Shown one piece after another: positions 40,005 through 50,283 of a DNA stretch of 64,000 bases. Each line of letters begins with the position of its first letter. Positions within the stretch are counted from its first letter, which is position 1. A program made the position numbers and the translations under genes. This DNA comes from Bacteroidota bacterium (GTDB taxonomy: Bacteria > Bacteroidota > Bacteroidia > Palsa-965). The notes under the pieces were generated by a model. It saw only the letters and a list, made by a program, of their open reading frames with translations. It searched no databases and was not told the origin of the DNA. The stretch is from assembly GCA_016194975.1 (NCBI GenBank), contig JACQAM010000005.1, positions 7,536 to 71,535 of the forward strand, written 5' to 3'.

Positions 40005-41420
40005 ATGCGGCATTTTTTCACTGCAGTTTTCTTCATCTTTTTTCTTCTTTCACTCGGAACAGGATGCCGCAGAGATCCTATTGACACGAACTCCGATGCG
40101 AAACTGGAATTCTCCGAGGACACGATCGTGTTCGATACCGTTTTCACTACTGTAGGTTCTGCCACCAGGCATTTCATCGTTCACAACAACAATCGCAAAT
40201 CGATAAAAATTTCCTCAATAAGAATGGCAGGAGGATCCACCTCTTTTTTTCGTATGAATGTTGATGGCACACCTTGTATTTCCACTGGCGATATTGAGAT
40301 CCGCGGTGGTGACAGCATGTATGTTTTTGTAGATGTGACTATCGATCCGAATAATTCCAATTCACCGTTGATGGTGGAAGATTCAATTATTTTTCAAACA
40401 AATGGCAATGATCAGAAAGTAGTGTTGAATGCGGTGGGACAGGACGCCTATTTTCATTATAGGGAAACGCTGAATTGCAATGAAACCTGGACGAATGATA
40501 AACCACACGTGATCTACGATTGGGCCATTGTTCCTTCCTGTTGTTCGCTCACCATGCAGCCGGGTACGCGCGTGTACGTGCACAAGAATGGAATTCTCGC
40601 TGTGGATTCGTGTGCGAGTTTGAAAATACTCGGAGCTTTTGGAAATCCTGTTACGGTGCAAGGCGATCGCCTGGAAGCTGATTATGAGGAAGAGCCGGGC
40701 CAATGGGGATTCATCTGGCTCTCGGGCGGAAGTGTGAATAATGTGATCGATTGGGCGGTGATAAAAAATTCAAGCACAGGAATTCTTTGCGATACATTGG
40801 GAAATTCGCCGAATCCTACACTCACCATTTCCAATACAAAGATCCGCAACATGGCCGACTATGGAATTTTCGGTGAAGCCGGAACGTGGATAGAAGGATA
40901 CAATGTGCAGATCACGAATTGCGCCGATTATGAATTTGCAATTGCATTCGGAGGAAAATGTAAAATGAGTCATTGCACTTTCGGAAATTACTGGGACATC
41001 ACTTCACGAACTTCACCCTGCGTGGTGCTGAATAATGCAATTCACATTGATGAAACTACTGTTGTTCCGCGCGATCTTACCCAAGCCGATTTTCTGAATT
41101 GTATTATTTACGGTCCGCTCGATAATGAGATCGGTTTGGATTCCACAGTTATTCCCGGCCACCAGTTCAATTATTTATTTTCTCATTGTCTTGTGCGCAC
41201 AAACCTCAACGTGTCGGACCTTAATCACTGGCAGAATAATATTTACAATCTGAATCCTGCATTCCATGATGTGACGATAAGTGATATGCACATTGATGCC
41301 GGTTCTGCAGCGCGCAACATAGGCGATCCGGCTGTTGGACTTTTATTTCCGAATGATCTTGATAATATGCCGAGAAATATTTCCGGCAACCCGGATGCGG
41401 GAGCGCTGGAAGGGCAGTAA
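40005..41420 (+). CDS. Lipoprotein with Ig-like domain and right-handed beta-helix
   Basis: Lipobox LGTGC, DTIVFDTVFTTVGS, EEEPGQWG, C-terminal SAARNIG...DL...PR...PDAGALE. Confidence 0.75.
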   Translation: MRHFFTAVFFIFFLLSLGTGCRRDPIDTNSDAKLEFSEDTIVFDTVFTTVGSATRHFIVHNNNRKSIKISSIRMAGGSTSFFRMNVDGTPCISTGDIEIRGGDSMYVFVDVTIDPNNSNSPLMVEDSIIFQTNGNDQKVVLNAVGQDAYFHYRETLNCNETWTNDKPHVIYDWAIVPSCCSLTMQPGTRVYVHKNGILAVDSCASLKILGAFGNPVTVQGDRLEADYEEEPGQWGFIWLSGGSVNNVIDWAVIKNSSTGILCDTLGNSPNPTLTISNTKIRNMADYGIFGEAGTWIEGYNVQITNCADYEFAIAFGGKCKMSHCTFGNYWDITSRTSPCVVLNNAIHIDETTVVPRDLTQADFLNCIIYGPLDNEIGLDSTVIPGHQFNYLFSHCLVRTNLNVSDLNHWQNNIYNLNPAFHDVTISDMHIDAGSAARNIGDPAVGLLFPNDLDNMPRNISGNPDAGALEGQ

Positions 41421-41519
41421 AATCCGGAATTCTTTCCCGGTAGCAAAAAAAAATCATTTTCAAATGATTAAAACCGACTTCATCCGGAATGAAGAATAAG
41501 TTTGCGGAAAAATAATTTC

Positions 41520-41990
41520 ATGCGGTTTATTTTTCCTCTTCTCATTTCATTCTTCGTTCTGGCTGCAACACTTTATTCTTCCTGCGAGAATTCAGAAGCC
41601 ACCAGTCCTTCGCCCGATCACAACACACTTTTATTGAAACATTATCTCGAAGATAATTTCGGTGACAGTATTCCGCAGGCAACGCATTATTTCATCATGG
41701 TGTGCAAAAAAGGATCGCGCGAACAGGTGGCAAAAAAACTGGATCACATCAACCGCCTTTTCATTCATATTCCCCGTTCAGAATATTCTGCTTTCATCAG
41801 TACCAATATGCCGGTGAATGATTCTGTTCTGCCGCTTTGTGCGTCACAAACGGATTGGGATGCTTCCATAGAAAAACTGGAATTGCTTTATTCATCCGTT
41901 ACGCTGATCAAAACAAAAAACGGGCGTATCGTTAACAAGGACGACATGCTTGACCAGGATGAAAATTACTGGAAGAACTTTATGAAATGA
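41520..41990 (+). CDS. Hypothetical lipoprotein
   Basis: Lipobox LYSSC. Start moved to ATG 41520, downstream of TAAGTTTG at 41497-41504. Confidence 0.6.
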   Translation: MRFIFPLLISFFVLAATLYSSCENSEATSPSPDHNTLLLKHYLEDNFGDSIPQATHYFIMVCKKGSREQVAKKLDHINRLFIHIPRSEYSAFISTNMPVNDSVLPLCASQTDWDASIEKLELLYSSVTLIKTKNGRIVNKDDMLDQDENYWKNFMK

Positions 41991-43037
41991 TCAGAAGAAA
42001 CTCCTGCTCGCATCGCGCGTATTCACGTCATGATAGATGCCCGTGTAAATGAGCATGAATTCAAGAGCGCCGATCCCGCGGCTTGCCACTGTCAATTGCG
42101 AAACATTCATATCATAATTGAATGCAGCTCCAACAGGGCCGATATCCAACCGGATGTATCCGGAAGCTGCATCGCCCAGGCGATACATTCCTCCAATAGA
42201 AAGAAATTTTGCCGACTGATAATTCGTGTAGTGCGAACGCTCCGTTAATTGATATTTCACTCCTAATCCTGCGTTGATCATCATGGCCGGGCCCTGCCGC
42301 ACAAAAAGTAACGAAGGAATAAGCCATGCGTTTGAATTTTCACCGAGCGCGATCTCGGCATTCCAGTGTGCAGCAAATTTCATATACAATTTATCTTTCG
42401 AACCGATAAAATCTATTTCCGGTTTACTCAGGTGAGAAACGGAAAGTCCCGTACTCATTTTAAAACGTGCATTCTTCACCGTAGTGAACGCAACTCCTGT
42501 TCCGTAATCGAAAAAGAGATAATGATCGTTCGGCGTAAGTGTTTCTCCGTTAGGTGCAGTTGGATCATAAACAAAATTCACATTGTCCCATTGCGTGTCC
42601 CATTTCTGTCCGTTCATCATGATGCTGCGCTGCACTGCGCCAATCTGGAATCCGAATGAAAAAAATGATGCGCCTGTTCCGTCAAACGATTTGTTGTAGG
42701 AAAAAATTCCATTGAACAGATTATTCTTCAGACTCGTGCTTCCTGCTTTGTCCACATTCACATTGAAACCCACTGCAAAAAAATCAGGGCTGGATTTTTT
42801 CTTGTCCTTCTTCGGCAACGGGGCGTCAATTCCGAATGAATAGGTGGTGTAAGGTTTGGATATCGTGTTCCATTGGGTACGATAATTATTGATCACTCTC
42901 ATATCGCCGGTAAAATTTCCGCACAACGCCGGGTTTAACGTAAGCGGCGCCATCGTGTACATGGAATAATGAAGATCCTGCGAGAATAATATTCCGCCGG
43001 AAAAAGAAAATGCGATGAACATAAATATTTTTTTCAT
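41991..43037 (-). CDS. PorP/SprF family T9SS membrane protein
   Basis: QDLHYSMY...LNPALCG...NYRTQW; directly downstream of a type B CTD gene. Confidence 0.88.
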   Translation of the reverse strand: MKKIFMFIAFSFSGGILFSQDLHYSMYTMAPLTLNPALCGNFTGDMRVINNYRTQWNTISKPYTTYSFGIDAPLPKKDKKKSSPDFFAVGFNVNVDKAGSTSLKNNLFNGIFSYNKSFDGTGASFFSFGFQIGAVQRSIMMNGQKWDTQWDNVNFVYDPTAPNGETLTPNDHYLFFDYGTGVAFTTVKNARFKMSTGLSVSHLSKPEIDFIGSKDKLYMKFAAHWNAEIALGENSNAWLIPSLLFVRQGPAMMINAGLGVKYQLTERSHYTNYQSAKFLSIGGMYRLGDAASGYIRLDIGPVGAAFNYDMNVSQLTVASRGIGALEFMLIYTGIYHDVNTRDASRSFF

Positions 43038-43052
43038 TTTCCCATTCCTGTT

Positions 43053-45500
43053 TTATCTGACGAGTGAAACATCTCCTTTTAAAACCTGGCTCGTGTTATT
43101 GTAAAAATCGGCTTTTACATAGTAAACATAAATTCCTGAATTCATTGGCTCTCCCCTGAAACTTCCATCCCAACCGTCATCGATCTTCATACTTTCAAAA
43201 ACTTTTTCGCCGAAACGATCATACACCACGAAATCGAGCAACTTTATTCCGGCACCGCGCACATACAACACATCGTTCGATCCATCGCCATTCGGAGAAA
43301 ATGCAGTAGGAATAAAAATAGCATAGGCAACTTCCACATTCACGGTCACCGTATCTGTTGCTGTACATCCATTCGCATCTGTGAAAGTAACGGTGTATGT
43401 TGTAGTAACTGTAGGACTCGCAACAGGATTCGGAATGTTGGCATCACTCAATCCTGTAGGCGGACTCCACGAATAACTTCCTGCTCCACCTGTCGCACTG
43501 AGCTGCGTAGAATTTCCAATGGCAATAGTTACATAAGCTCCGGCATTCACCGTAGGTTGTGTTCCAACACTAACCGCATTTACCATCGTAAGGGTATCAC
43601 TTCCGAATGCATTTGTTACAATGAGCGTGACATTATAATTTCCCGGTGTGTTGTAACAAATTCCGGTTGGATTCTGCACAGTGGAAGAAGCAGGTGTTGC
43701 ACCGGGAAAACTCCAGTTCCAGCTCGTAGGTGTTCCGGCAGAATTATCCGTGAAATTAATGCACGTTCCTTCGCAGATATTCGCATTGCTGATCGTGAGC
43801 GCTGCAGTAGGAACACTGCACGTGTTCACCGTGATCGTAACAAAATCTGTTCCTGTGCATCCGTTCGCGTCCGTCACCGTGAGCGTGTAGGTAGTCGTGC
43901 TCGCGGGCGTGACGAAAAAATTTGCTGTGCTGCCATTACCCGGTTGCCAGTTATAAGAAGTTCCACCGGAACCAATGAGTGTTGTTGATTGACCCGTACA
44001 AATTGTAGCATTAGTTCCTGCATTTGCTGTCGGTGCAGGATTCACAACGATGTAACCTGTTTTTGTCAATGATCCGTTTCCGTTTGAATTCGTAGCGATA
44101 AGTGTAACAGCAAAAGTTCCGGGCGAGTTGTAACAGATGCTGGTTGGATTCTGCGCAGTGGAAGTTGCAGTTACCGCACCGCTGAATGTCCAGCTCCACG
44201 AAGTTGGTGTGTTGGTACTTTGGTCCGTGAAATTGATGCAATCGCCAACGCAAATGGAAGAATCGCTCGCAATAAAATTTACCTGCGGAACATTGCACGG
44301 CTGAACTGTTACTGTAACAGTAGCGGTGTTTGAACATCCTGCTGCACTTGTTCCCGTTACAGTATAAGTTGTAGTTGCTGCAGGAGAAACATTCACGGGT
44401 GATCCTGGAATTGCTCCCGGGTTCCACAAATAAGTTGATCCGCCTCCACCGGTAAGTGTTGATTGTTGCCCCACACAAATTGTAGAAGGAAATGCACTTG
44501 CAGTAATTGTAGGAAGTCCGTTCACCGTGATGACCTGCGTAGTAGAATTACTTCCATTCGAATTTGTTGCTGTGAGTGTAACAGTATAAGTTCCTGCAGC
44601 CGCCCATGTAATTCCGGAAGGATTCTGCAAAGTAGAAGAAGGCGGAGTTCCCGAAGGAAAAGTCCACGCCCAACTTGTTGGAGCGCCGGTAGAATTGTCC
44701 GTAAAATTCACAGCTTGTCCCACGCAAACGTTGGTTGAACTTGCAGTGAAAGCAGCAACAGGAGGACCCGCAGCGGCAGCAGATAAAGTAATATCATCAG
44801 CGGCGAAAGAAGGATCATTACCTGCTCCATCATCATTATTTACCCAGCGAAAACCAATTTTTACATTCGCATTATTATTTGCCGAAGCAGGAAGCGCAAC
44901 TGAAAACGCAGTCCATTTTCCCTGGCCCGCACACCCTGCATTATTCGTCGCAGTTGGCACTGCAATCTGAGCCCAGCTTACTCCATCAAAATACCACACC
45001 GTTGCTTCATCTGTCGGAATCTGTCCGCTTTCCATATAAGCAAATGCCATCGTAATATTATTTTGCCCTGTGCAATTTATAGTTGGAGACTCGGCTCGCT
45101 TATCGGTAATAGCTGCACCGGCGGATGGCCCAACATAATAAGCTGCTCCACAATCACCGGTTGCGCAAGGAAATCCCACGGGAGCGCTGCCCACGTGAAG
45201 TGTCCGGTTCGTTAATGCTGCATTATTCAAACAACCATCACCACAATTTCCGATTCCCATTCCTGCTTCCGTTGCACTGATGAACCAGTCATTGGCAGAA
45301 GTTCCATTGGCAGAAGGAAGAGACATTGTCCATGCCCCGTTAACTCCGGTGTACGATGCTACGTTTTGATTTTGGTTGCAGCCGGTTGCGAAATCCTCTG
45401 TCCAGAAAACCTGTGCTGAAGTTTTTCCGAAGCATGCGGATAAAAACATCACACATACTAACCTTCTTAAAAAACAAAAGTAACCGTGCCCCATATTCAT
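43053..45500 (-). CDS. PKD-domain protein with gliding-motility-associated (type B T9SS) C-terminal domain
   Basis: Three FTD.S...PTSW.W.F PKD repeats, Ig-like repeats, IPTAFSPNGDGSND...YDRFGE...WDG. Confidence 0.9.
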   Translation of the reverse strand: MNMGHGYFCFLRRLVCVMFLSACFGKTSAQVFWTEDFATGCNQNQNVASYTGVNGAWTMSLPSANGTSANDWFISATEAGMGIGNCGDGCLNNAALTNRTLHVGSAPVGFPCATGDCGAAYYVGPSAGAAITDKRAESPTINCTGQNNITMAFAYMESGQIPTDEATVWYFDGVSWAQIAVPTATNNAGCAGQGKWTAFSVALPASANNNANVKIGFRWVNNDDGAGNDPSFAADDITLSAAAAGPPVAAFTASSTNVCVGQAVNFTDNSTGAPTSWAWTFPSGTPPSSTLQNPSGITWAAAGTYTVTLTATNSNGSNSTTQVITVNGLPTITASAFPSTICVGQQSTLTGGGGSTYLWNPGAIPGSPVNVSPAATTTYTVTGTSAAGCSNTATVTVTVQPCNVPQVNFIASDSSICVGDCINFTDQSTNTPTSWSWTFSGAVTATSTAQNPTSICYNSPGTFAVTLIATNSNGNGSLTKTGYIVVNPAPTANAGTNATICTGQSTTLIGSGGTSYNWQPGNGSTANFFVTPASTTTYTLTVTDANGCTGTDFVTITVNTCSVPTAALTISNANICEGTCINFTDNSAGTPTSWNWSFPGATPASSTVQNPTGICYNTPGNYNVTLIVTNAFGSDTLTMVNAVSVGTQPTVNAGAYVTIAIGNSTQLSATGGAGSYSWSPPTGLSDANIPNPVASPTVTTTYTVTFTDANGCTATDTVTVNVEVAYAIFIPTAFSPNGDGSNDVLYVRGAGIKLLDFVVYDRFGEKVFESMKIDDGWDGSFRGEPMNSGIYVYYVKADFYNNTSQVLKGDVSLVR

Positions 45501-45539
45501 TGATTTGCCTCCTCCAAAATAGGAAAAATATATAAATCC

Positions 45540-46580
45540 TCAATGAAGTTTTAATAAAAAATCCATCACGTCCACATCATCGGCATAATTCCAGGGAAGT
45601 GTTTGCTGCGCAGTACCGAACGGAATAGTCGCCAATCCCGTAAGTGAACCGGAAACGATGCATTGGATCAGTTCGCGACCGGCTCCCAGTTTTTTTTCAA
45701 GTTCAGGGAACGAAGAATAATTTTCGTAGAACAATACACCGGCAGGGGAAGAAATTCCGATATCATTTTTCAGGACAAGAAAATTATTGTCGAGGAGTTT
45801 TTCATTGTTGAGCAGGTAGATCGTTTTGTGGTAATCATAATTATTCATGTATTTGCTGCAAGCCATCATCGCTTCTCCCCGATCAACGATCGATTCAAAG
45901 AACAATGAAAAATCGTATTCTTCCGGAACAAAAATTTTGGAAACACTTCTGCAACCCAAACCGAAATACCTGAAAACATCTTCACCCAGCAGTTGGAGTT
46001 CGGTTTCTGTTTCATTCCCATTCAGCACTGCAATTCCATTCCTGTTCCTGCGGATGATATGCGGATATTCCGAAAAATAATGTTCGAAGTAGCGGGAAGA
46101 ATTGTTGCTTCCCGTAGCAATGACTGCATCGGCGGAAGAAATTTTTTTTTCGGTGAAACTGATCTTCGCAGCAAGCGACGGATCGATCTCCGCAAGCAAT
46201 TCAACGAGAGCCGGCAAAAGAATTTTATCATTGGAAGATAATTTCCCGGTGAAAATATTTCCGCTCAACAGCACACAAAGCAGGTCATCAAAACCGGCGA
46301 ATGGAATATTCCCGGCAAGGATCACCACAATATTTTTCGACGGAATATTTTCATTCCCTGAATAATTCTTCAGCCATTTTTCTATCGTTTCCTTTTTCAA
46401 ACAAGTTGCGATGCAATTAAGCCGGTGAAGAATATTCTCTTTCGTGAACCATCCGTTTATCTGGTGATAATTTTCTGCGAGCGACAACAATTTTTTCTGC
46501 GCCGGAGTAGCCGTATTTTGCTCCATCACGTTCTTTACCGCCGAACTCCATTGGTCAATTGAACCGATCCGCTGCCGCAT
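45540..46580 (-). CDS. Acyl-CoA reductase (LuxC-like)
   Basis: [33 protein letters not shown]. Start codon uncertain. Confidence 0.85.
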   Translation of the reverse strand: MRQRIGSIDQWSSAVKNVMEQNTATPAQKKLLSLAENYHQINGWFTKENILHRLNCIATCLKKETIEKWLKNYSGNENIPSKNIVVILAGNIPFAGFDDLLCVLLSGNIFTGKLSSNDKILLPALVELLAEIDPSLAAKISFTEKKISSADAVIATGSNNSSRYFEHYFSEYPHIIRRNRNGIAVLNGNETETELQLLGEDVFRYFGLGCRSVSKIFVPEEYDFSLFFESIVDRGEAMMACSKYMNNYDYHKTIYLLNNEKLLDNNFLVLKNDIGISSPAGVLFYENYSSFPELEKKLGAGRELIQCIVSGSLTGLATIPFGTAQQTLPWNYADDVDVMDFLLKLH

Positions 46581-46639
46581 GCTGTGCCTTCTTTTTAATT
46601 AATTTTGTAGTGAGCAAAACTACAAAGAGCGCATTTAAT

Positions 46640-46987
46640 ATGGCTATTAAAATAACAGATGAATGTATTAATTGCGGGGCGTGCGAACCGGAGTGTCCGA
46701 ATAATGCTATTTATGAAGGCGGCGCCGAGTGGAGATTCGCAGACGGTACATCACTGAAAGGAATGGTCACTTCCAAAAACGGAACGAATGCAGATGCAGA
46801 CAGCGCACAAACGCCCGTTTCAATGGATCTCTATTACATTGTTCCGGACAAATGCACCGAGTGTAAAGGATTTCACGATGAGCCGCAATGTGCAGCTGTG
46901 TGTCCCGTGGATTGTTGTGTGGATGATGAGGATCACCGGGAAACACCTGAAGAATTGCTTGCAAAAAAACAATGGCTTCATTTGTAA
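46640..46987 (+). CDS. 2x[4Fe-4S] dicluster ferredoxin
   Basis: [12 protein letters not shown] and [18 protein letters not shown]. Start moved to ATG 46640. Confidence 0.93.
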   Translation: MAIKITDECINCGACEPECPNNAIYEGGAEWRFADGTSLKGMVTSKNGTNADADSAQTPVSMDLYYIVPDKCTECKGFHDEPQCAAVCPVDCCVDDEDHRETPEELLAKKQWLHL

Positions 46988-47003
46988 AATGTTAATTTTC
47001 TCC

Positions 47004-47037
47004 AATGCCATTCGCAAAAAAACAGGGTGGCATTTTT
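47004..47037 (+). terminator. Probable intrinsic terminator after ferredoxin
   Basis: AATGCCATT-loop-GGTGGCATT followed by TTT. Confidence 0.5.
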
Positions 47038-47080
47038 ATTGAATGCACTATTTGTCCCGGTTGTTCGTTAAATATTTAGC

Positions 47081-47995
47081 ATGAAACGTCTCCTGTTTGC
47101 TGTATTTGTTTTTTTACCCTTCCTTGTTTTTTCCAAACCATCGGAGAATAAAAATCTTATTGCGCTGGAAGATTCATTGCAGAAATACGGCCCGAAAATC
47201 TTCACAGGGTTTGATAAGGATAAATTTCCTGCGAATGAAAAATTCCTGGGCTTCATGCGGCAGGCGCTCAACAGCGAGGGGGCTTTCGATTATCCTTTCG
47301 ATTCTCTTCCTTTCATTGCGCGGCTTACTGCTCCTGATAACGCATTCCGGATTTTCAACTGGAATCTTCCCAAGGACGACGGAACGCATTCTTATTTCTG
47401 TTTCATGCTTGTGAATGATGCGAAGATCACCGAAAACAAACATGGCTCGAAGAAAAAAAAGACATTCACACTTTACGAACTTGCTGACCATTCTGATGAG
47501 ATCAGGAACCCGGAACTTTCTACACTATCTGCCGACAAATGGTACGGGGCTCTTTATTACAAGATCATTCTCACCAAAGACCATAAAAAAAATTATTACA
47601 CGCTTCTTGCATGGGATGGCAACACTCCGCTCACCTGGAAAAAAATAATTGAAGTGGTTACGTTTGGAAAAGAGGGTGAACCTATTTTCGGTGAGAAAAA
47701 TATTTTTTCGCGCGGGAAGCGCTCGTGCAAGCGCGTGATCTTTGAATTCAGGGCGGAACTGATCATGACTCTTCACTGGGAAGATGATAATAATCGTATC
47801 GTGTACGATCATCTGGCGCCGGAAGTGGACAATGCACAGGGAATGTATCAATACTATAGCCAATCATTCACATACGATTCTTTTGTGTGGAAAAAAGGAA
47901 AATGGCTGGAGGTGGACGGAGTGAAAGTTGAAAATCCGAAATCAAAAGAGGACGATCATTATCACGCGCCGCAGGGAGATCAGAATCCGCATTGA
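47081..47995 (+). CDS. Conserved hypothetical exported protein
   Basis: Signal peptide; WYGALYY, YTLLAWDG, IVYDHL motifs. Function unknown. Confidence 0.7.
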   Translation: MKRLLFAVFVFLPFLVFSKPSENKNLIALEDSLQKYGPKIFTGFDKDKFPANEKFLGFMRQALNSEGAFDYPFDSLPFIARLTAPDNAFRIFNWNLPKDDGTHSYFCFMLVNDAKITENKHGSKKKKTFTLYELADHSDEIRNPELSTLSADKWYGALYYKIILTKDHKKNYYTLLAWDGNTPLTWKKIIEVVTFGKEGEPIFGEKNIFSRGKRSCKRVIFEFRAELIMTLHWEDDNNRIVYDHLAPEVDNAQGMYQYYSQSFTYDSFVWKKGKWLEVDGVKVENPKSKEDDHYHAPQGDQNPH

Positions 47996-48179
47996 CAGTA
48001 AGCAGCAGGCAGTGCTTAAGAATTTCTTCATCAGTAATTCGGATATTCCATTCGCAATTCGTTCCCCGAGCGCGGGCATGCGCGCGTTGCGTTAACAAGT
48101 TTTATCAATCAAACAAAACACAATTTATGGAATGAGCGTTTGTACTTCATCGTCCTTACAAACTTAAAAACGCTATACC

Positions 48180-49253
48180 ATGAAAACCGCGCTCCTTCCT
48201 TTGGCCTTTTTCTCCCTGTTCATTTTTTCCTGCGGAGAAGGCGATCATTCACCGAACAGAAATGTTTCCGGCGTAAATGTAAAATTGGATTCTTCTTCGA
48301 AAACAAATCGCTTCGTTCCTTATAAGAACAATGTATTTCAAACACAAAATGGCAAGGACAGAAGTACTATGTATACCGACCAAACGGAAATTTCAAATAA
48401 ACCTTCCGATCAGCAGCAAAACATTATCAATAGCGGAATTGCTGATGAAAATAATTTCAAAGCATACTTCACCACGTCTGCTGCGCGCGTAAACAAACTC
48501 GACAGCACGCATCGTTTCATCCGCACTGCAGATATAAAATTCCGCGCGAAAGATGTGGCAAATGCAACTTACGACGTGGAAGACATTACCACACATTTCG
48601 GCGGCTATGTTGCCGACACGAAATTGCAGAGTGAAATGACCAGCAATACGATTATTCCCGTGAGCGCCGATTCTTCTTTGCAGACCATTCATTATGTCGT
48701 GAGTAACCAGGTCACACTCCGCGTTCCTTATCGAAAACTGGATTCGCTGCTGAGATCGCTCGTGCCACTGGTAGATTATCTCGATTACCGCAATGTGAAT
48801 ACGAACGATATTACACTCGATCTGCTGGCGAATGATCTTGCGCAGAAAAGAATTTCAAATTACAATGCACGCCTTGCAAGTGACATCGACAATAAAGGAT
48901 CGAAACTTCCGGATGTGCAATCGGCGGAAGATGCTTTATTGCAACAGCAGGAAAATTCCGATAATTCTCTGGTAGAAAATCTCCGCATGCAGGATCGCAT
49001 CGATTACAGCACGGTCACGCTGAATATTTATCAGCCGGAAACCGTTCGACAGGATCTCATCAAACGTGAAAAAACGGTGGATGCTTATGAGCCATCATTC
49101 GGAAACCGTATCGGTGAATCGTTTGGCGGCGGATGGAAAGGCCTGCAGGTTTTCATTACCGCGATCGTGATCTTATGGCCGGTGTGGATATTCGGAGCGG
49201 CGTTCTTCTTCGGATTGAAGTATCTACTGAACAGGAAAAGATCTGCGAAGTAA
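48180..49253 (+). CDS. DUF4349 lipoprotein
   Basis: Lipobox FSCG, FIRTADIKFR, LRVP, DYSTVTL..YQ, C-terminal TM helix. Confidence 0.82.
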   Translation: MKTALLPLAFFSLFIFSCGEGDHSPNRNVSGVNVKLDSSSKTNRFVPYKNNVFQTQNGKDRSTMYTDQTEISNKPSDQQQNIINSGIADENNFKAYFTTSAARVNKLDSTHRFIRTADIKFRAKDVANATYDVEDITTHFGGYVADTKLQSEMTSNTIIPVSADSSLQTIHYVVSNQVTLRVPYRKLDSLLRSLVPLVDYLDYRNVNTNDITLDLLANDLAQKRISNYNARLASDIDNKGSKLPDVQSAEDALLQQQENSDNSLVENLRMQDRIDYSTVTLNIYQPETVRQDLIKREKTVDAYEPSFGNRIGESFGGGWKGLQVFITAIVILWPVWIFGAAFFFGLKYLLNRKRSAK

Positions 49254-49276
49254 TTCATCCCGATATTTATCGGGAC

Positions 49277-49370
49277 AATAATTCAATAATTCAAAGATTG
49301 ATAAGAAGTCATTTTAAAAGTTTTGAAAAATTTATTCTTAAGTAAATAATTTTTGAATCTTTGAATTAAT
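49277..49370. repeat. Inverted arrays of degenerate 8-mers (AATTCAAA type) abutting the xerD start
   Basis: AATAATTC-AATAATTC-AAAGATTG on the left; TTTTGAATCTTTGAATTAAT on the right. Confidence 0.55.
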
Positions 49371-50268
49371 GTCGTGGAAATCTGAAATCGGCGGATTTAA
49401 AAATTATCTCAAGCTGGAACGTTCGCTTTCGCCGAATTCCATTGAGAGTTACCTGCATGATGTGAATAAACTCGTGCAGTTTCTCGAATACAGGAAAATT
49501 TCTGCTTCGCCTTCGGAAATCAAAACGGAACATATCGCTGAATTTCTGAAGTGGATAAATGAGCTCGGCATGCAAGCTACTTCCCAGTCCCGCATACTTT
49601 CCGGACTCCGCACATTTTACAGTTACCTGCTTCTTGAAAATATGGTTCAGGAAGATCCAACCGACCTCGTGGATGCCCCGAGAATTGCAAGAAAACTTCC
49701 GGATGTTTTATCGGCAGCGGAGATCGGAAAAATAATTGATGCGGTGGACCGGAGTAAAAAAGAAGGGGAACGCAATCGTGCCATCGTCGAAACGCTTTAC
49801 AGTTGCGGGCTACGTGTTACGGAACTGGTGAACCTGCATGTGTCGGATCTTTTTCTAAAGGAAGGTTATGTGCGTGTAACTGGAAAAGGAAATAAAGAAC
49901 GGCTGGTTCCAATTGGAAGACACGCTGTAAAACATATCAAGCTATATCTTGGCCGATCGAGAGTTCACATAAAAATAAAAAAAGGAGAAGAAGACATCCT
50001 GTTCCTCAACCGCAATGGAAAACGACTCACGCGCGTAATGATCTTCACCATTATCAAAATTCTTGCAGCAAGCGCCGGAATAAAAAAAATAATTTCTCCG
50101 CACACTTTCCGGCATTCATTCGCCACACATCTTGTCGAAGGCGGCGCCGATCTGCGCGCGGTGCAGGAAATGCTTGGACATGAATCCATAACTACCACTG
50201 AAATTTACACGCACCTCGACCGCACATTTCTCCGTGAACAAATAATTAAATTTCATCCGAGAAACTAA
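49369..50268 (+). CDS. xerD: Tyrosine recombinase XerD
   Basis: LYSCGLRVTEL, GKGNKERLVP, HTFRHSFATH, QEMLGH, TTEIYTH. Confidence 0.92.
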   Translation: MSWKSEIGGFKNYLKLERSLSPNSIESYLHDVNKLVQFLEYRKISASPSEIKTEHIAEFLKWINELGMQATSQSRILSGLRTFYSYLLLENMVQEDPTDLVDAPRIARKLPDVLSAAEIGKIIDAVDRSKKEGERNRAIVETLYSCGLRVTELVNLHVSDLFLKEGYVRVTGKGNKERLVPIGRHAVKHIKLYLGRSRVHIKIKKGEEDILFLNRNGKRLTRVMIFTIIKILAASAGIKKIISPHTFRHSFATHLVEGGADLRAVQEMLGHESITTTEIYTHLDRTFLREQIIKFHPRN

Positions 50269-50283
50269 TTTATTTTTTTGGAA

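Noticed and set aside
48066-48090. GC-rich near-palindrome CGAGCGCGGGCATGCGCGCG
   Set aside because: Single, short, no T tract and no second copy; cannot be assigned.
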